Part shown: positions 49,801 to 64,000 of the stretch, piece after piece
Layout: each line of letters begins with the position of its first letter
Numbering within the stretch: position 1 is the first letter of the stretch
Source of the DNA: Oopsacas minuta
Taxonomy: Eukaryota; Animalia; Porifera
Direction: 5' to 3'
Assembly (NCBI GenBank): GCA_024704765.1
Contig: JAKMXF010000222.1
Location: 1,492,400-1,556,399 of the forward strand
Length of the DNA stretch: 64,000 bases
Notes under the pieces: generated by a model
The model's input: the letters and a program-made list of their open reading frames with translations, nothing else
What the model was told of the DNA's origin: nothing
Databases searched by the model: none
Translations under genes and position numbers: made by a program

Positions 49801-52800
49801 AGTTCTCCTAGCAAACACACTAGACATGATACATCTACTGACTCAGAATCATTCGTAGTATCTCCTACATTACTACACAAAAGGTAAGTTTCTGGATAAA
49901 AATAATTAGTCTTTTACGCAATTGTACGCGGTTTCGCAGATAAATTGTTTTATTCTGAGATTTCAATATATACAAACAGATTTAAAACGTTGAAATAATT
50001 TCGATCATTTTCGAACTCCAGGGAACTTTTCGACCAAATCCCAACCTCATTTTCGAACAAAATTGGCTACTCGTACACTGCATTGTACCTCTCTAAGAGG
50101 ACTGGAGCCAAAGCCAAACATATTTCAGTTACATGTCTGATAATATCAAGTACTTTATTTTCATTGAATTCACAGATCTAAAGAAGAAGATTCTTTCCAA
50201 ACATTCTTGAATCAAATGGCTACTTTCTTCATCAAGGAGGATCAAGTACGTGCAAAACATCAATCTATGCTTCTGCAGCTTAGAGAAAGTTGTATTGAAG
50301 AGAGAACTCAGGTGTGTATGAGACGTTTGCATATCTATTTAACAAACTTTCATATTTTCATGTATGTATTATTTTATTTAGGCTCATCTAAAATGGCTAC
50401 AAATAGTTAGCAGTAAGTCACAACACAAAGATAAAGGCACAGATTTAAAGAGACCAACTCTACAGGAACTTGAGGAAAAGATCCTCACCAGGTCAGTATT
50501 CTAATTTTGTTACTTATTGAATATTTTATCAGCTATGACACTGACGAAATCCTGAAATCCTGAAATCCTGAAATCCCTGATCGAAATCGTGAGTGTATGT
50601 TTCGATTCATTTCTAGATTTCACTACATTATGTTTCAAGTTAATTTTGTTTTACTCCTGGCTGTATATAGGGTATATGCGTATAAATTCCTACTTGGGCT
50701 TGGGTTTTTACTTTAATAATTGTTGGATTTGATATAACAATTCCAGACATGAGAGAGACTACGAGGAAGTAAAGAAGCTAAAAGAAACTATCTCTTCCAA
50801 CCGGGAAACAGCCTTCATCAAAAAACAACACAGATCTATTAAGAAACTCAGACAATCAACTCAACATGTCAAGAATAAAATGAGTAAAATGTTATCTCGA
50901 CAGAGTTTGATGAAAGAAGATCTGCTCTCTCCTAACTACTCATCAATTGATATGACTTCTAGCATTCAGGAACAGTTAAGTGTAGCTAATGATCTTCAGT
51001 ATCAATCCAGACTATCTTCATTATCTCAGTATGTTGTTTCAAATTATAGCCAAAATTGTTTATACGATTTTCCTTTATTATGTCTACGAATCCCCAACAA
51101 TTGGAAGTTGAATTGTTAGATGTTGACATTCTGCCAGAGTGTGATACAATTTAGAGAGTATCGCAATTTATCAACTAAAGCCCTCCATATCATACAAGAT
51201 GCAACTTTTGTATTGAAATTGCCACACACACAGCAGTAGTACGATGCAACAATGTTGCTGACAACATATGATTTCTCTAACATGTAGCACTGTATATCGT
51301 GAAAGTTACATGCACCAGGCCACCAGTTGCCTCGTGCATGAATCTATAATTTGAATCTGTATTTATTGAATTGTCACTTTTTGCTTCATAATGTGATTAT
51401 ATTGGGTCTATTAAACTTTATTTCAGGCTTCAGACATCCCGATCACTTGTTGACACTACCTCTGATTACAACCTGGACAGAGCACATGTTAAATCACCAC
51501 CAGTAGTTAAATCTCTCAGTCTACAAAGCTCTTTATCCGTTCCCGAATGTGTTTTCCTCAAACCTTATTCTTCAAATATTAAGAAAGTGAGTACGCTGAT
51601 TATTATTATAATATTACTACAGTAGAACTCGGGTGATACGCGCTCCTCTGAAGCCGAAAATGTACAAAATTACGTGCTAGCCGAGTCGAAATTACATAGA
51701 AATATTAATGTTGATGAATTTCTGTTCGAGATATTTAGCACGTCTTATCGAGTATCTACAAACTGAATTCTACATCCTGTAACTCAAACCTTCAGAAGAA
51801 ATCAAGATCTGTGCGAGATAGCGAATGTTCGAGTTAACGGATGCGATTTGTACAGTCAACATCCGGTAACTCGAATGCCTGTTTACTCGAACATTCCCTA
51901 TCTCGAACGTATATTCACTTCCCTTTGTTGTACTTTTAGTACTTCTCCCCCTTGAGGGTTCGAGTTACCGCTTAACTGTACTAAAAATACAACGAAGGGG
52001 AGTGACTTTTCGTCCGAGATAATTAATGTTCTAGTTACCGGATGTTGACCGTAATTACTTCTATTTCTTAGAGCTTTTCCTCAGAAAGCTCTGATGCCAA
52101 TACCTTAAAAGATACAGAATCAATCTTTACAGACATTGGAGACTCTCCATCCAAGAGTTCTCCATACAGCAGAACAGACTCTAATGATCCTTCTCTCCCG
52201 TGTTCTCCTAAGCAAGTCAGTTTTACAGGTTAGTTTATTTATGATTTGACTATCATTTTGCAAATTAACACAATACACCTATTGTTAGAGACACTATCAG
52301 ATCATACAGATGTTGAGCAGAGAGTTGCTTCACTGAAGAGAGAACTCTCTCAGCGTAAGCAGACAGCTAGGCAGCTGGATATTGAATTAAAGAGAAAGCA
52401 GAGAGCAAGAGAACTGACATTAAAGCAACAGGTGCAGGTAAGTAGTTACCTGTAATCACACTTGTGAGCAATATATCTGTATAATTTAGTTATGTATCAA
52501 TCCTGTAGAAAGTTGACAAGAAAATCTTAGAAACCCAACATAAACTAGAACACTCATTTTCACAAGGTAACTTGGGACGGCTGCGAATTACCAGCAATCA
52601 TCTTTGCATACTACAGTATAGATGTAGTTATAATGCTAGGAGCACAGATATTTGGGTCAAAATATCACAATATCCAATAAATTTTGTATGGGATATACTG
52701 TAGACGGGGACAGGCATCAACGAACAAAAGTATCACTATATCCAATATATCACTACGTATTAGAGATGCACCGGATATCCGGTGCATCTCTAATACGTAT

Positions 52801-55118
52801 TTCCATTATGTACTATACAAACAGGATTTAGTATAACAACAAAAAAATTTATAATGTTGTGAATCTACTACAGTAAATATACATCTTTATTAATGGGTGT
52901 ATATCAAATATGCGTTTATATCGAAGTCTGAAAATATAACAAATACCTATGGTCCCAAACCTTTAAAATAACATATATCGCATCGGTTATATCAAACTCC
53001 GCTTATGTCGAAGTAATTATCCCGGTCACTTGAGCTTCAATATTACGGAAGTTGACTGAATATACTTTCTGGCCTATTTGTACCATCAGTTTATTGATCT
53101 GTTACCAATTTACAACATCTCGCATTGATGTGTATTTGGTTTTAATGTTCTCGTTAATCCTTAGTGAATATATCTTTCTACAAACTTCTATAGACTCAAT
53201 ATCAGTACCAGTTTCTAACAATAATGATTCAATCCAGTCTCCTACAGATGTAGAGGGACCAGATACTGATGGGTACATTGTCCCTCCCAGTCGCAGCGTC
53301 TCTCATATTCCATCTCAGCTCTCAGCTGAGCAATCTATTCTCGTAACAGCTGATCCACATACTGAGAGCATTTCAGAACAGCTGATCAGTCCTTCTCCTT
53401 CTGACGAGAGCTCTACCTCTGCAAGTACTGAGACTGGAGAGATCTGTCACACCAAGACTCCTTCTCCTGAACGAGACATCCAGCTATCTAGCCCACCAGT
53501 AGAGATATCACTAACTAGCAGTACAGAGATTAGTAGAGTTAGCAAGTCACCAAACTTATCAAGAGACCCGCCACACTATTCTGACACATTTCTAACTAGT
53601 CTGGATGAGGTAATATCCCCTTCTGAAGGTGTACATGAAAAGTTATCTGAGGACCAATCCCTTGAGATATTGAAACAAGAACGTGACAAGATATCAGAAA
53701 GCTTATCAGTTGTTATGAGCAGTCAGGTCCTGTCAGAAAGAGTAATAAGTGAGTTAGAGGAGAATAAATTCGAGATTGGAGATGAAGTTATCATAAGAGA
53801 CGGATTACACGGTATTGTACGTTTCAACGGTGCTACTTCATTTGCACCAGGTATATGGATTGGTGTAGAGCTCAGAGAGTCAGTAGGCACTAGTGATGGT
53901 ACAGTAGATGATATTTCTTATTTCAGCTGTCCTCCTAATCATGGTGTGTTTAACAAACCTAAAAATCTACGTAAACTAACAGACAGTACAGAGCACGATA
54001 TAGACATGTCTCCAGCTGATTCAGACCTGGAGAGCATACCAGAAGAAGCGAGGACACATCTCTCTATTGAACCTCTGGTGAGTGTCATCTCTGAGACAGG
54101 TCCTGACAGGAGTATTACTGTATTCTCAGAGACAGAATCAGCTGGTACTGCTCCTGAGGACCAAACCCTGAGATTGTCAGTTGAATCAGCTGACCTCAAT
54201 ACATCTCTTGTATACTCTCAGTACGATGAAGTTATGGATCAGCTGATCGACATATTGTTAGAAGATACTTTAGACAATTGTATTACTACAAACGTAAAGA
54301 CACAGGATGACTTAGTGACGTCATTAACAAAGAGTTTGATAATGAAATGGGCTAATAAGTCAGTTGACATATTCCTGGCTGTAAATACAAACAGAGCTCC
54401 CCTGCTTTTACACAATGTCCGTCCTGTTTTGCTAAAGTTGCCAGAGGAGGAGATGACTACCCCTGAGTTATCTCCAGTAAGATCCCCAGCCTCTCCTCAA
54501 CAACCCCCAGCAGTATCCTTGGAGCTACAATATCAGTCTCTATTAAAGATAGCAGATTCTGCTCTTATATTCTATAAGGATAGGCTCATAAAACAGAGAC
54601 CACTGGATATCGGACAGCTGCAGTTCTCTCGTAGAAGTGACACCATCCTTCCCTTAGCTTATAACGTAGCTAACAGTCCCACTAGACAGGCACACCATCA
54701 GATATTTAGACATTTCCTATTTGACATATCCTATCAGGTGATATCAGACCTGAAGAGAGAGATTACACCCCCTCACCTCACTTTACAGCCTCCAAAGAAG
54801 CTGTACCGATCTTTCCAACCGAAAAAACTTGCTTATAAGAATCCTGCACCTGGAGAGGAGGTTCCCTTCGTTGCTAATCGTGTTAGCGAGATGATAAACT
54901 TCCCGAAAAAACAGAACAGTTATCAAGGCAATAAAGATGATCAGGTGGAGAGCTTGCTGTTGAGAGAGATGAGAGAAGAGGAACCTGAATGGATTGACTA
55001 CTCAGAGCATGAATACTTTGTAAAACTGGAAGCTTCTCTCTCCATCTTCCAAGCTATTAAGGAAGAAGCTCTTGATATAGCTATACTTGTAAGAGAGAAG
55101 AGAAAGCTCTTATCTTAA
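43860..55118 (+). CDS. CEP350: Centrosomal protein CEP350 (CAP350), multi-exon
   Basis: Traced exons include 43860-44055, 44388-44826 and terminal exon 53194-55118; many internal junctions not fully traced. Motifs LLPSKSHR, KEDQVRAKHQSMLLQLRE, AHLKWL, CAP-Gly (GIVRFNGATSFAPGIWIGVEL...GTSDGTV...YFSC..NHGVF) and C-terminal EEPEWIDYSEHE..VKLE. Confidence 0.88.
51853..52051. mobile_element. pogo/Tigger-like MITE, 199 bp, in a CEP350 intron
   Basis: TIR C(A/G)GTCAACATCCGGTAACT(C/A)GAA, TA on both sides. Confidence 0.85.
52761..52792. mobile_element. TIR-only hAT derivative (32-bp perfect palindrome)
   Basis: TAGAGATGCACCGGAT|ATCCGGTGCATCTCTA, flanked by CTACGTAT / ATACGTAT (7/8 TSD). Confidence 0.7.
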
Positions 55119-55319
55119 TGTTTTTGAACTAACTATTTAATTTATTCTGAAAGTAAATGGTAAAATTAATATTTCACGATATTAATTATGTAACTTACAT
55201 AGTACATTGCTTTTGGACTGCCAAATTAGTATTATGTACTGTAGCAGCTGTTTAATTGGATTGTAATTGAATTTTAATTATTTAACTACTTTATTCATTA
55301 AGAATCCAATTGCGCATTA

Positions 55320-55616
55320 GGCCACTGTTAATGAGAAACTTGTTTCAGCTCCACATTAGATCCACCTAAACATGCATGCGGGCAGGCGGTTCATTATCAT
55401 TATCTCATTATTTTGTAAAAATATAATTACTAAAGTCAAATTTGATATGAGAATAGGCTAGACTATGAAAAAGATACTTCTATTGTACTCTAGCCAGTTT
55501 ATACACCTTGTAGTTGAAATACATTGAGTAAATGGTGAAATAATGACAATATTACTGCGGTAGCCAAATCAGATGCGGGCGGTGGAGCTGAAACATGTTT
55601 CCAACTAACAATAGCC
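55320..55616. mobile_element. PIF/Harbinger (Tourist-like) MITE, 297 bp
   Basis: ~35-bp TIRs beginning GGC(C/T)A(C/T)TGTTA and containing GTTTCAGCTCCAC. 3-bp TSD TTA on both sides. Confidence 0.82.
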
Positions 55617-55831
55617 TTATATTATAAAATGTTCTCTCATTACCATATACTCGTAATTACAGGTATTTAAATAGGGTTGCTACATTCATTGTGTAGGTGT
55701 TCAGATTGTGTCCTGCCTGGGATATTCGCACAAATAATAATAATAATCAAGTAATTCCGCTTAATACTCGCTCTAGACCGGACCCAGGCCAAACTTCTCC
55801 ACATTGTTCAGTAAATTTAGCCAGCCCGTAA

Positions 55832-56045
55832 TAGGGTTTTTAATCCTTGGATTTTGGGATTAGTATCTCACTTCCAAAAATTGGAAATATTATTATTATC
55901 CAATATCTTATTGATTGTTTATCTAAGTCGAAACAATATTACACTAAATAGATTGCAACTACCAATTTTTTACATATTTTTAGGTTGGTAATAATACATA
56001 CATAGATTTTTAGATCATCCCGGGATCCCGGGATTAAAAACCCTA
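55832..56045. mobile_element. hAT-type MITE, 214 bp
   Basis: TIR TAGGGTTTTTAATCC. Perfect 8-bp TSD GCCCGTAA at 55824-55831 and 56046-56053. Confidence 0.92.
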
Positions 56046-57104
56046 GCCCGTAATGATTGCTAATATGTGATAATATTTAGCAATAAATTGATATTATTGA
56101 AGTTCAGATTCTGGCTAGGTATGGCTGCTTTAAGAATTGCTCAACAACTTAAAGTTTTCCCAGGAGCACATATCGGCTTCTTAATACTTAGTGCTAATGC
56201 TTTTCTTGCTGACTTTAATATTTAATAATTCATATCTTTTCAGATGTCTTCTTGCATATTCTTTAGAAATATTCTTTTTTGTGATAATTGGTGTATCGAT
56301 CAATACGAATATTTGTTTTCTAATTTCTTTTAGTTTGTAAGTTCTCCCATTTTAAATGTATTGCATGCCAATTTAGTGATTCAGATAATCCTTTGCTAGA
56401 GTGAATACTTGGTTGTCTTAACAAGATTTCCTCTAAGCATGTGGACGGGCAGTATTCACTGCTATCATTGATTTTATGACCTCATAATATAGAATGGTTA
56501 ATATTTAGTTATATCATAGGGTGCTTCGTCGATTCACGATATGATAACAACATGCAACAACCTCTTTGCAGTTGTTTTATATGACAACTGGTACTTTACT
56601 CGAAATATTTACTTTGTAAATGTGATTGTGTCTTTGAATTTGATATTCATAGTCCGTATGTATTAAAACACGGGCACCTTAAGATAACATCACAACCGGC
56701 CTACAATAGAAAATTCATACCACAAGTGCGAATCTAAACCCAAAATGAATACCTGCATGTACCAATTTGTCTCAATGGGAATGCCAGAATTTACAGAGTG
56801 GAGAAGAAGCGAATTTTGAATTGATTGCAACTTGCAAGTACATAGGGTATTGCAATCCACCTATCGGGTAGTGATTCGTTTCCTATCTAGTTTACAATGC
56901 CTCGTTTTAGATATGAGTGGGACGTTTCTAGAGCGGCAGAAGGTATAAAGCAGTCAAGCCATGGCTGACCAGCCTGACTTTTTCTGCGCTGTCACTAGGT
57001 TTTCAAAATATATGACCATATCTACAGGAGGAACATCTGTGAATAGTCTGCTATTGTAATAATCTCGTTATACACTGCTATAGCATTTATTAGATTTTCT
57101 AGAA

Positions 57105-57497
57105 ATGGGACGAGTACGAACAAAAACTGTGAAGCGGGCATCTCGCCTCATTATTGAAAAATACTATACAAAACTAAGTTTTGATTTCCACACCAACAAG
57201 CGTGTGTGTGAAGAGATTGCTATAATCCCAACGAAACGTCTGAGGAACAAGATTGCTGGCTTTGTCACTCATCTAATGAAACGTATACAGAAAGGACCAG
57301 TTCGTGGTATCTCTATCAAACTACAGGAAGAGGAGAGAGAGAGGAGAGATAACTACCAACCTGAAGTATCTGCTCTACAACCTGACCATACTAAGATGAT
57401 TGATGTAGATCCAGATACAAATAAGATGCTGGCCTCTTTAGGATTTGATATACCTAATATATTGGTTAGTCCTATACCAGGGTATGGAGCTCGTTAG
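57105..57497 (+). CDS. RPS17: 40S ribosomal protein S17 (eS17)
   Basis: [21 protein letters not shown]...[37 protein letters not shown]. Intronless. Confidence 0.99.
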   Translation: MGRVRTKTVKRASRLIIEKYYTKLSFDFHTNKRVCEEIAIIPTKRLRNKIAGFVTHLMKRIQKGPVRGISIKLQEEERERRDNYQPEVSALQPDHTKMIDVDPDTNKMLASLGFDIPNILVSPIPGYGAR

Positions 57498-57671
57498 TTT
57501 GTAGCCTGTTAATTAGACACATGTTAGTTACAACATTGTAGGAATCAATAGTAGAATTTGTTGCTAATTATAATGTATAATATTTCAGATAATTTATCTA
57601 TTAGTTTTGGTTATTAATATACGAGTACCAGCTGTACTGTTGAACTGCTCCCATCTGCTATAGCAATTATA

Positions 57672-58280
57672 ATGCTAACTCGTATAACATCGTTTACGAG
57701 GTTGTTAGGCAATTTGAATCACTCAGCGAATTACAGTAGAGCAACTCTACCTTCTAATAAACACAGAAAAGCTCTAGACTCCAACCTTGAAACAAAAGTC
57801 CCTGATATTGAAGAGATTTACTACAAAGACATAGGGATTACGATAAAGGCACAGAGTTTAATGGTATTGGATAGTTATGCTAAATTCATGAAAATGGCAG
57901 CAAAATGTTTAAACATAGAATTATATCAAGAAATATATTTGAACCCTGAAGTACGTGAATGGGTTATTCTCAAATCTCCTTTCAAATACAAAAAGCATAT
58001 GGTAAAGTACCGTCTCAAGACACACGGACGGTTACTTACCTTCCAGAAAATCACTGGTATGACAGCTGACATTTACATTGAATATGCACAGAGGAATATT
58101 CCAGCTGGAGTATCAATGTCCGTCAGAAAAGTAGAAATGGACCGCTTGCCTTACCTCATAACTAAGTCCATGATGCAGAACAGAAATATTGAAGATGTCA
58201 AGGAGGAGGATGACAAGCAGCGAGCAGAAGAGGCAGCAGCTCTGCAAGATACTTATCAACAGAGGTCTAAGAGAAAATAA
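57672..58280 (+). CDS. MRPS10: Mitochondrial ribosomal protein S10 (uS10m)
   Basis: Transit-peptide-like N-terminus, VLDSYAKF, ILKSPFKYKKHMVKYRLKTH, YIEYAQRNIPAGVSMSV. Confidence 0.88.
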   Translation: MLTRITSFTRLLGNLNHSANYSRATLPSNKHRKALDSNLETKVPDIEEIYYKDIGITIKAQSLMVLDSYAKFMKMAAKCLNIELYQEIYLNPEVREWVILKSPFKYKKHMVKYRLKTHGRLLTFQKITGMTADIYIEYAQRNIPAGVSMSVRKVEMDRLPYLITKSMMQNRNIEDVKEEDDKQRAEEAAALQDTYQQRSKRK

Positions 58281-58486
58281 CTTATTTGAATATTATCTCT
58301 TAACTAAATCATAATTTCACTTGTTTATTGAAATATAATAGTTACGAGAAGTGCTTATTGTAAGTGGTGATAGGCGATAGGCAGAGTGGAGTTGATAAGA
58401 TAAATTATTTAAAATAAGAATACTATTATTGTACTAGGACACTGTCGTTTTACAAGTACTCATACACCATCTGCTGATAAGTTCTA

Positions 58487-62184
<3,698 letters not shown>

Positions 62185-62678
62185 GTAAATTATTATTATT
62201 AGGGAAGTAGCGAATTTTTTGGTAGCTAATAATAGCCAAAATTAAACATAGTTTACCAAATACACAGATAGACAGGTACTGGCTATAACATTGAAGGGCC
62301 GCTTTATAATCCTTATTTTAGAAAATTAGCCAAATGTATAGGGTAATGGTAATTCATAAAACGGAGGGAGACAGTTATGTACATATAGATTTGTGTACAG
62401 ATACTTCGGCCTTAGTCAATATCACAGGTATATTAATTGTACGCAAACGTCATCCACTGTAGTAGACAAAGGCATTTCCCGCTCAAAATCACTTCAGAGA
62501 TAATGATATTTAATAGTTGAGAACCACTGCATTGTACAAATACGTGGATTTGATCTTTTCCGGATATATTTAAGAATCATACAGGAACTAGTTGAACCTA
62601 TGGAGCAAAATATAATATAGTCACTGGCTTTCGCTTTCACCATTACTTTTAGTTGAAAATTTACATTGATAAACTAGG

Positions 62679-63600
62679 TCATGAATGAACTTTGCTACAT
62701 TCAGCCGCCTTCCCTAAATGAAAAGGAGCTGAGTTGCTTAATAATGCCTGGTTTGCTTGGATGTTGAATTCCTCACTTCTCCATAGAGATTTTGTTGTGT
62801 TCTGGATGTTAGCATGTACTGGCGTTGCACTGGGCGGTGTGTTCTTTGGTATTCTGTTCCGTACACATTTGGCGCAGATAGAGATGACCTTACATGCTGA
62901 TACAAGTTGTGGGTATAGGTTTATCTGCTGGCTTTGGGGTGTTTTGTTTGGGGCGAGCTTATAGAAGGGAGATCGCTTCTCGGGATGGTTTGTGAGAGGC
63001 ATCTTTTTAATTCCTGGTGGTTTGGATATCCTTGGGATAATTATGATATTGAAAGTTTCAAGGAAGAGTTCCCGAATGTAATAAGTTGTTTCATGTACAG
63101 TGTTTGTGATTGTAAGTCTGGACTTTTGCCACATATTGTATTCATAAGGTATTGCCAGTTCTAATTGTTCAAATGTTGCAGCTGCAAGTAATTTCATGTA
63201 AAAGGTTTTGATAGATTACGTAAGGGAATCAATGGCTTGGGCTATTGCTAGCTTTTGTGGAAATGTTAGTTTGTTTGGTGTTAGATGTTCCAAGAACAAG
63301 TTCAAAATTTGGTACAGTAGGCGGGAGTGTCTAGGTTCTCTAGGCAATGTCCCTTCCTGATGGTAGATTATGTTAGACTTGGATACTCATCGAATAATCT
63401 GGATTAGCTTGGTGGTCTGGTGGTAGGTGAGCCCGTTTTCAAGCGTAGTTACTCGTTGTAGGGTCTGGAGGCGTTTGTAAGTGACCTCTGTGTTTTACTA
63501 ACTGATGGGTCCTCCGGCGGTCGGTTGTAGAGGCTTCGCCTTACATACCGATGGCCTTTGGCGAGTGCGTTATATGCGAGTTGAAGGGGCAGTCATATCT
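62679..63600 (-). pseudogene. Degenerate minus-strand ORF, probably a mobile-element relic
   Basis: The frame of the 62679-63197 ORF extends ~190 nt upstream through one or two stops. Region is G/T-skewed on + unlike its flanks. No recognisable domain. Confidence 0.3.
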
Positions 63601-64000
63601 ATTTGCACTACTAGAAGACCAGTATTTTTAGCGATAATAAAGAAGTTTTATAGTGCAGGAAATGATTAAAAACAAGAATACTCTTTCAGTGTACTCCTTT
63701 TCTTATATTTGATATACTTAAAATAGAATATCACTATTTCAAAATAGCATACCATATATCCTACCTTAACAACGGACAAATAGACAGACAAACTATAATT
63801 GTGATTTAATAATATAGTTTCATATTAATTTATTTATGGTTCCTTCTATTTATTGGAGGGGGAGAGTTTTGATAAATTTAATCTGCTAGGGATTTTGTAA
63901 TATGAAATATTTCGCTAAATTTGCAATATTAGTTAACTGGTTGCATAAATTCATTCTGCATTAATTAAATTTCGTATGGATTGGTCATTTCCGTTGAATT

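Overview
AT-rich, gene-dense animal (metazoan) genomic DNA, not prokaryotic. The compact layout, many intronless housekeeping genes, ~55-110 bp introns, nested genes and AG acceptors just upstream of start codons fit a hexactinellid (glass) sponge or a similar trans-splicing early-branching animal; this taxonomic call is an inference. About 21 protein-coding genes: BC-box LRR protein, OGG1, CUL2, ILRUN/C6orf106, acid sphingomyelinase, BUD31, TEX12-like, PRPS, MFSD8, an orphan ORF, PPP1R36, RTF2, two synaptogyrins, NDUFB4-like, NUUM/NDUFC1-type complex I subunit, DPH5, CEP350, RPS17, MRPS10 and an SH3-DH RhoGEF. Also present: SLCO and NHL-repeat pseudogene remnants, a 3.8-kb foldback element carrying a DD37D (maT) transposon, and many MITEs, Helitron-like repeats and tandem repeats. 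Highlights: (1) ILRUN, missed as a gene by the ORF track, spans 13859-27177 and its 10,974-bp intron holds four complete intronless genes, two per strand; (2) tight same-strand clusters with a repeated AATAAA - about 60 nt - YAG - ATG layout, suggesting polycistronic transcription resolved by spliced-leader trans-splicing; (3) a TEX12-like synaptonemal-complex protein and a plant/fungal-type NUUM complex I subunit; (4) a frame-required 10-nt microexon. All homology calls are from motif recognition by eye; no database searches were run.
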